Source of the DNA: Octopus bimaculoides | Lineage: Eukaryota | Direction of reading: 5' to 3' | DNA: 59,720 nt | NCBI RefSeq assembly: GCF_001194135.2 | Contig: NC_068983.1 | Location: forward strand, 155,833,164-155,892,883 | Shown here: positions 53,707 to 59,720 of the stretch, piece by piece | How the letters are laid out: each line of letters opens with the position of its first letter | Numbering within the stretch: the stretch's first letter is position 1 | The notes under the pieces: model-generated | What the model saw: the letters and a program-made list of their open reading frames with translations, nothing else | Database searches by the model: none | Told to the model about the DNA's origin: nothing | Program-made: the position numbers and the translations under genes

Positions 53707-54777
53707 ATAGCTCCAATACGAACATTTCAGAGTGTTTGGCTGTCAATCTGAGGACAGTGCAGAGATTCGAAAAGAGTTGGATGAGTTTAATCGTGAGTAC
53801 GAAGGTGCGGCAGCTCATAAAACTCACTCTGATCGTTCTGATAAGGAAAGGACTCCTGAATTTGTTGGTGAGATCCAGGCCATGGTTGACAACGATTCCT
53901 CTAAATCAACCAAGTCCATGGCCAGAAACATGGTAGTGTCTGTGTTTCCTATCATGTAAGTAGTGCATGAAGACATTCGGTATTCCTCATACAAGATGAG
54001 AAAAGGCCAATTTTTATCCCAAGCCATCAAGGACAAAAGGAAAGACCGCGCTACGAAGCTTTTTGAACAAACTAAAGTATCCTCGCAAACCGAACACGCT
54101 TTGGTTTTTTTTCAAACAAGAAAAACTTCCGCCAGGATCAGATGGTGAACACAAAGAACAACTGTTGGCTTGCCGTGTCCCCAAAACATGTACCGAGAGT
54201 GACAATAATCAAACATCCAGTCAACATCATGATGTCTAGAGTGATCAGTAGTGATGGCGACGTTATGCCTCCATTCATCTTCCCACACAGCCTCCGACTC
54301 AGTACGGAGGCCTACAGCAATTACCTGTGGGAGATAGTACTGCCCCGGGTTAAAAGGGTGGCTTCTGGAAGACCCTATGTCTGACAAGAAAACTCTGTAC
54401 CATGTCGTACAAGCAGAAAAACCCAGTCACAGTTGTCAGACAATTTCTGCGACCACATCACCGCTAACATCTGGCCACCGAGCTCCTCGGACCTCAACCC
54501 CCTTGATTATTATGTGTGGGGCGCAGTTGAGCAAGAGACCACTAAAACTCCTTGTAACACCAAAGATGAACTAAAGGTACGGATCACGACAGTATTCATT
54601 AACTCACGCAATGAGACCGTCCAGAAATGTTGCAGGAGATTCCAAAATAGTCTGAAGGCCCTGGTTGAAGCCAATGGCGAATTTATTTAATAAGCTTACC
54701 CTTCACTATTTGAAGATATTTTTATGTTATTTTGGTAAATATATCTGTGAAAATGAGATATCAGTGTTATTTTCATT
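53707..54777 (+). mobile_element. IS630-Tc1-mariner transposon, DD37D (maT) type, inactivated; TIRs lost to microsatellite or gap
   Basis: HTH-like NISECLAVNLRTVQR, then YKMRKGQFLS, FFSNKKNF (from FSDEK), and WPPSSSDLNPLDYYVWG. Exactly 37 residues lie between the mutated second Asp (N in QENS) and the D of PLDY. Confidence 0.88.
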
Positions 54778-55332
54778 NNNNNNNNNNNNNNNNNNNNNNN
54801 NNNNNNNNNNNNNNNNNNNNNNNNNNNNNNNNNNNNNNNNNNNNNNNNNNNNNNNNNNNNNNNNNNNNNNNNNNNNNNNNNNNNNNNNNNNNNNNNNNNN
54901 NNNNNNNNNNNNNNNNNNNNNNNNNNNNNNNNNNNNNNNNNNNNNNNNNNNNNNNNNNNNNNNNNNNNNNNNNNNNNNNNNNNNNNNNNNNNNNNNNNNN
55001 NNNNNNNNNNNNNNNNNNNNNNNNNNNNNNNNNNNNNNNNNNNNNNNNNNNNNNNNNNNNNNNNNNNNNNNNNNNNNNNNNNNNNNNNNNNNNNNNNNNN
55101 NNNNNNNNNNNNNNNNNNNNNNNNNNNNNNNNNNNNNNNNNNNNNNNNNNNNNNNNNNNNNNNNNNNNNNNNNNNNNNNNNNNNNNNNNNNNNNNNNNNN
55201 NNNNNNNNNNNNNNNNNNNNNNNNNNNNNNNNNNNNNNNNNNNNNNNNNNNNNNNNNNNNNNNNNNNNNNNNNNNNNNNNNNNNNNNNNNNNNNNNNNNN
55301 NNNNNNNNNNNNNNNNNNNNNNNNNNNNNNNN

Positions 55333-55359
<27 letters not shown>

Positions 55360-55364
<5 letters not shown>

Positions 55365-55525
55365 TATAACCAGTCGAAGCTGCAAAGATAATCTGGATCT
55401 CGACTGAAGAGAGAAAACTCCGAATGACATATCCGTGTTTTCTTTGCACCGTCTATCTGTATGTTTTGTCACTTCCTTGTATCACCTAGCTGTCTGGATA
55501 TTTTGCGTTCTTGCCCCATTCTGTA
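55360..55525 (+). repeat. Unclassified microsatellite-associated dispersed repeat, copy 2
   Basis: Homologous to 2030-2200; (TA)n on both sides. Confidence 0.8.
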
Positions 55526-55544
55526 CTATATATATAGATATCTT

Positions 55545-56230
55545 TTATTCTCTTATGCGTTTCAGCCATGCGGTCATGCTGATACACCACCGTAGTTTTG
55601 CACCGTTACTTATGATTATCCATTGGCTGATTTCCTCCAGCTGGTATGTAAGGTTCACATTATCACTCCTGTTAGCTCATTTGGTGTATGAGAGTTGGAT
55701 TCTGCTGCTCCTTTCGGACCTCATGCGGAGAGGATGTCGAGTTCGTTTTTGAAGACGTCTACGTTCACATTATATAGATTTCTTAATTTTAGTGGTAAGG
55801 CCTTGAATAGTTGTGGGTCTTTGAAACCTAGGCTGTTGTAATACGTGGTCCTGAATTTAGATGGAGTGGATGGTACATTTAGGACAATACAAAAGCATGA
55901 ATTTCTAACATTTTTACAACACTCAATGTTGAAATTAGTTACTAGACCTTCTTGAGTTTTCCATATGTATATCATTATATATATCTATTGCGTCTTCGCT
56001 CCAGGGAGTAAAGTTGAAGATTTTCCAGCCACTCCCTGTAGCTCATATGCTGCACTGATTCAAATTTTTTTTAGTGTAGTGACGTTGGACCACTTCTATC
56101 TCTATGTGGTGACCCTAGCTGAGAGAACTAGTCCAGGGTCAACAAAACTTCTTGGTCTGTTGTCTTGAAGGACATCAGTATCAATCCTGTCAATTGTCTG
56201 CACTTTGCTTCCATCTTGGTAATGTGCATA
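55545..56230 (-). mobile_element. CR1/L2-group LINE 3' fragment (RT C-terminus plus 3' UTR)
   Basis: Reads SYREWLENLQLYSLERRRNRY..IYIWK..GLVTNF..YYNSLGFKDPQLFKALPLKLRNL..DVFKNELD. Confidence 0.85.
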
Positions 56231-56869
56231 TGAAATTATGCACACACACACGCACGCACACGAACACATATACAAATTTCTTCATTAATTGTTGAAACGT
56301 TAGGAATTTTATAAGAAAATTTCTCTAAACTACTCAGTTTTGTTGGAAAGAAAATTTGTAATTAATGATGAAAAATAATAATATTTGAGTGCATAATGCA
56401 ATCATTTGGAAAAGGTCAGAAATATTTCTGAAATAAAGACCGGTAAATTTTCTATTTTGACTAATGTAGCATAAATGTGATTTTTACATCAATCTGAAGA
56501 ACAAAAGTTAATTTATAAAATATAATTAAATTCCGCATTCTTTGAAGGTAGCAATACATGTGTTCACTTGCGAATTAAATTTTCAGAGTGAGTGAATTTG
56601 AAGTAAAAAGGAAAGGATTATCTGATATGTATATCTTAAATTTATACATCAAAATTTTGAGAGTTTGTAAGTCTAAGTATGAATGTAAGAAAATCGGTAA
56701 TGGCAAAATTTATTAGTAACTTAATAGGTTAGTGAATTTAATTAAGATATCACATTGTAGAATTATGAGGTTATTGGAAGCTATATGAAATTTGAGAAAC
56801 TCTAGAACAAAGGGGAAAAATGAAATTAGTTGAGTGTACAGTGGATTAATTGTAAGAGATGTGTTAGAC

Positions 56870-57245
56870 AGTCCCTGCTACAGCGAAAGCCATGCTGGTT
56901 TGCATTTAGGAGTTTGTGGGTCCCCAGGAAGTCAGCTATCGTTGATCTTGCCACCCTTTCAAACACTTTAATGATGTGGGAGGTGAGTGAGATTGGATGA
57001 TAGTTGACTGCGAGGGTTCTGTTTCCCTGTTTGAAAACCGGGATAGCAGACTGGGATAGGAGGTGTTTCAGTATATAACCTGAGTCTAAAGAATTTCTCC
57101 ACAGGTTGGTCAGAGGTACTGCAAATTGGTGTCTACAATCCTTCAGGAGACTTGCAGGGAATCTATCAGGGTCTACAGCAGATTGCTGCTATGATGTCTA
57201 AAGTAGTGAAGGTTATGTCCGAGATGTTATGTTGGGAACCAACTT
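56870..57245 (-). mobile_element. CR1/L2-group LINE fragment (RT domains 0-2)
   Basis: ATG-less open frame of ~105 aa: SAVDPDRFPASLLKDC..LWRNSLDSG..IPVFKQGNR..NYHPISLTSHIIKVFERV..NQHGFR. Confidence 0.88.
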
Positions 57246-57271
57246 CGTTCGCTCCCTCCCCTTACGTCATA

Positions 57272-57309
<38 letters not shown>

Positions 57310-57689
57310 AAGCTAAATTTTAAAAAATAAACGGTCTCCTCAATTAATGAACAAATTAAACCGGGCAGAAAATTTCAATAAACAATACATTTGACAGTAT
57401 TATGCCAAATTACAATGACCTGTCACCTATATCTATATGGAGTTATACTTACGCTAAAACAGAATGGTCGACCATTATCACTAACAAAGACTAGCTTATA
57501 TTTCTATAATTAGATATTAAAGAACACTATACTTCTGTTTAAAACTACGTGTTGTGAACGTCCTTAACTTCTCTAGATTAGTTACTAACAAAATCGGTTG
57601 TGAAGTAAAAGTCACTTTATATTTCCTTTGAATCAGACGACACTATAATGAAAAATGCCTGATCAGTATTCCCTTTTAGCATTACTGCC

Positions 57690-59345
57690 AGCGAACCTAC
57701 AAAGAATAGTAACAATAAAAGATTATATTTAATGTCTAGCATTAAAAGAAAATTATACCATGACGATGTTCTCTTGCATCACTTTATACTTTTCACTCCG
57801 GCCTAATTGCTAAAAAGTTTCAGAGCTCTCCTTCAAAAGTTTCAGGCCTTTAATCATCTTAGAGACTAAGACCACCATCGCTGATTTCCTAGATGTTTCT
57901 CTCAACCTAATCAACACTTGCTACTCCTAGTATCCCAAAACTAATAGAACTTAAAATCATGTGTTCATAAAGATCTCTTTATATTAACAACATATTTACT
58001 ATATTATCATTAAACTTCCAAATTTTTAAGCTCACTTCATCCATGAATTATCGCGAAGTCTTTACCAGAAATGGCTTAAAAAATTAGGTGAATTGAAGAA
58101 ATAAACTGAAAAGTAAACCGCTTTCACAAATCACTAAACTACAGTTATTCCTTTGATAAAACACCCTAAACTTTGTGAGTGTATTTCTCTCTGTATATAC
58201 ATATATATATATATANNNNNNNNNNNNNNNNNNNNNNNNNNNNNNNNNNNNNNNNNNNNNNNNNNNNNNNNNNNNNNNNNNNNNNNNNNNNNNNNNNNNN
58301 NNNNNNNNNNNNNNNNNNNNNNNNNNNNNNNNNNNNTATGTATGTATGTATATATATAAAAGCTAGATTAAGAATGATTAATGATTATCAGCCTAACACC
58401 GATATTCCCAGAACCCCCACTGACAGTATAAGAAATAACATCCCCATGAATTATAACATGCCTAATAATAATAATAATAATAATAATTGTAATGACGGCG
58501 ACAATATTAGCCCACGTTACCATACCGAAATAACAAATAGCACGACAATAGATGAATCACTAAACCTAGACCCAACACAAAATACCAGCACACCTTATAA
58601 TCTTTCCACATTAAACAATGACACTACCACTAATAATAGAATACCCAACTCAACCTCTAATAATAACCGAGATAATAGTTATACCAGTCACGATTCTAAT
58701 AATATTTCCAATAATATTACTAATAGAAATAATATGTATAATACCAATGTTAACAGCAGAAAGAATCAGAGTGAGGTAACTTCGAACAACCCAAATAGAG
58801 GTAGCAGCAATAATTATAACAACAATGTAAACGTAAAACCTTACCACCCGGGTACTGACATAAATAATAATACTATAAGCAGTTACCCCATAAATGTAGA
58901 CATAAGACGACCTTACAAGCATAAAATCGGCTGCAATTGTGTAACACCTACAACACGCCCGTTACACGGAAACTGCTTAGCTAAAAACGTAATATACTCC
59001 TGCGAAATTATCACGGAAACTAACACCCTCACATACCTGGGATGCTCTTCATCCTGGAAATCTAGGTTTTATAACCACGGATCTTCGTTTAGACTCAGGC
59101 ATAAGGCTAACAACACCTCATTATCTCGCAGAATTTGGGAGCTTAAGGACGACAAGATTAATTTTAACCTTAGATTGTTGGATCGGCCCCTACGTATAAG
59201 GATAATAGAACTGGTTGCCAGTTATGCTCCCTTGAACTTTTGAAAATTATTAAATTTCCTGATAAGAATAAACTAATTAATAAGAGGTCAGATTTCAAAC
59301 CCTCCTGTATCTATAAAATGATGAAAACCTTTAGATATAACCCGT
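57690..59345 (+). mobile_element. Penelope-like retroelement with YRDD-type RT remnant, Asn-rich linker and GIY-YIG endonuclease (resembles the Hydra clade)
   Basis: LYLMSSIKRKLYHDDVL (YHDD at 57756-57767); TIADFLDVSLNL near 57870-57905; CNCVTPTTRPLHGNCL..NVIYSC..TYLG..WKSRFYNH..SF..TSLSRRIWELKD. After a frameshift near 59170 it reads CQLCSLE..LINKRSD. Confidence 0.82.
58374..59243 (+). pseudogene. 289-codon open frame: Asn/Thr/Ser-rich region followed by PLE GIY-YIG domain, truncated by a frameshift
   Basis: ATG at 58374, in frame with track ORF 58179-59243. VIY at 58989-58997 and YLG at 59034-59042. Confidence 0.7.
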
Positions 59346-59720
59346 AAATCCTCTCTTTTAGTTATATGCACTTCTACACCTCCTCTATTTAACTACTCCC
59401 ACGTTAGATCCTACCTACCACAACTCAGACACCTAACTAACATAGCCCGTACTCTACCCCTAACCTTACTATATACATCAGTATTTTGGTTTACCCTCGA
59501 ATAACTAGGTTATGACCACTTAATTTACACAAATTTTTAATAACCGGATCCATAATCCCAAACCTATAGATATAGTTCTAGCTTCAGTCACTGACTCGAA
59601 ACCATCCAAGGACACTACAATACGAAATTATAACACGAAATAACACTAATCAACCCCCTTTTTTAATTCTTTTAATTTTTACATTTTTACATTTTTACTT
59701 TATTCTACTATTTTTATATC

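Overview
AT-rich eukaryotic, largely non-genic DNA with many N gaps bordered by microsatellites. The repeat families look like those of a coleoid cephalopod, probably Octopus; this is inferred from recognisable SINE/LINE families and not verified. No complete intact protein-coding gene, rRNA, genuine tRNA or CRISPR array is supported. Most ORF-track entries are microsatellite or gap artefacts. The window is a graveyard of mobile elements: (i) a ~5 kb same-strand stack of six R4/Dong non-LTR retrotransposon 3' ends, nearly all followed by an (AAT)n tract (30.0-35.3 kb); (ii) remnants of three apparently different Penelope-like element (PLE) lineages at 8.9-9.9, 48.1-50.3 and 57.7-59.4 kb; (iii) CR1/L2-group LINE fragments; (iv) a decayed full-length mariner and a DD37D (maT) transposon; (v) at least 15 tRNA-derived SINE copies; (vi) a Helentron-like non-autonomous element. 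Structural oddities are a degenerate minimal hammerhead-like motif, a 111-nt G-U-biased hairpin and a perfect 22-bp fold-back of a SINE segment. Two phase-compatible candidate host exons (41219-41403, 43195-43305, +) may belong to a long-intron gene spanning the window. All alignments and translations were done by eye.
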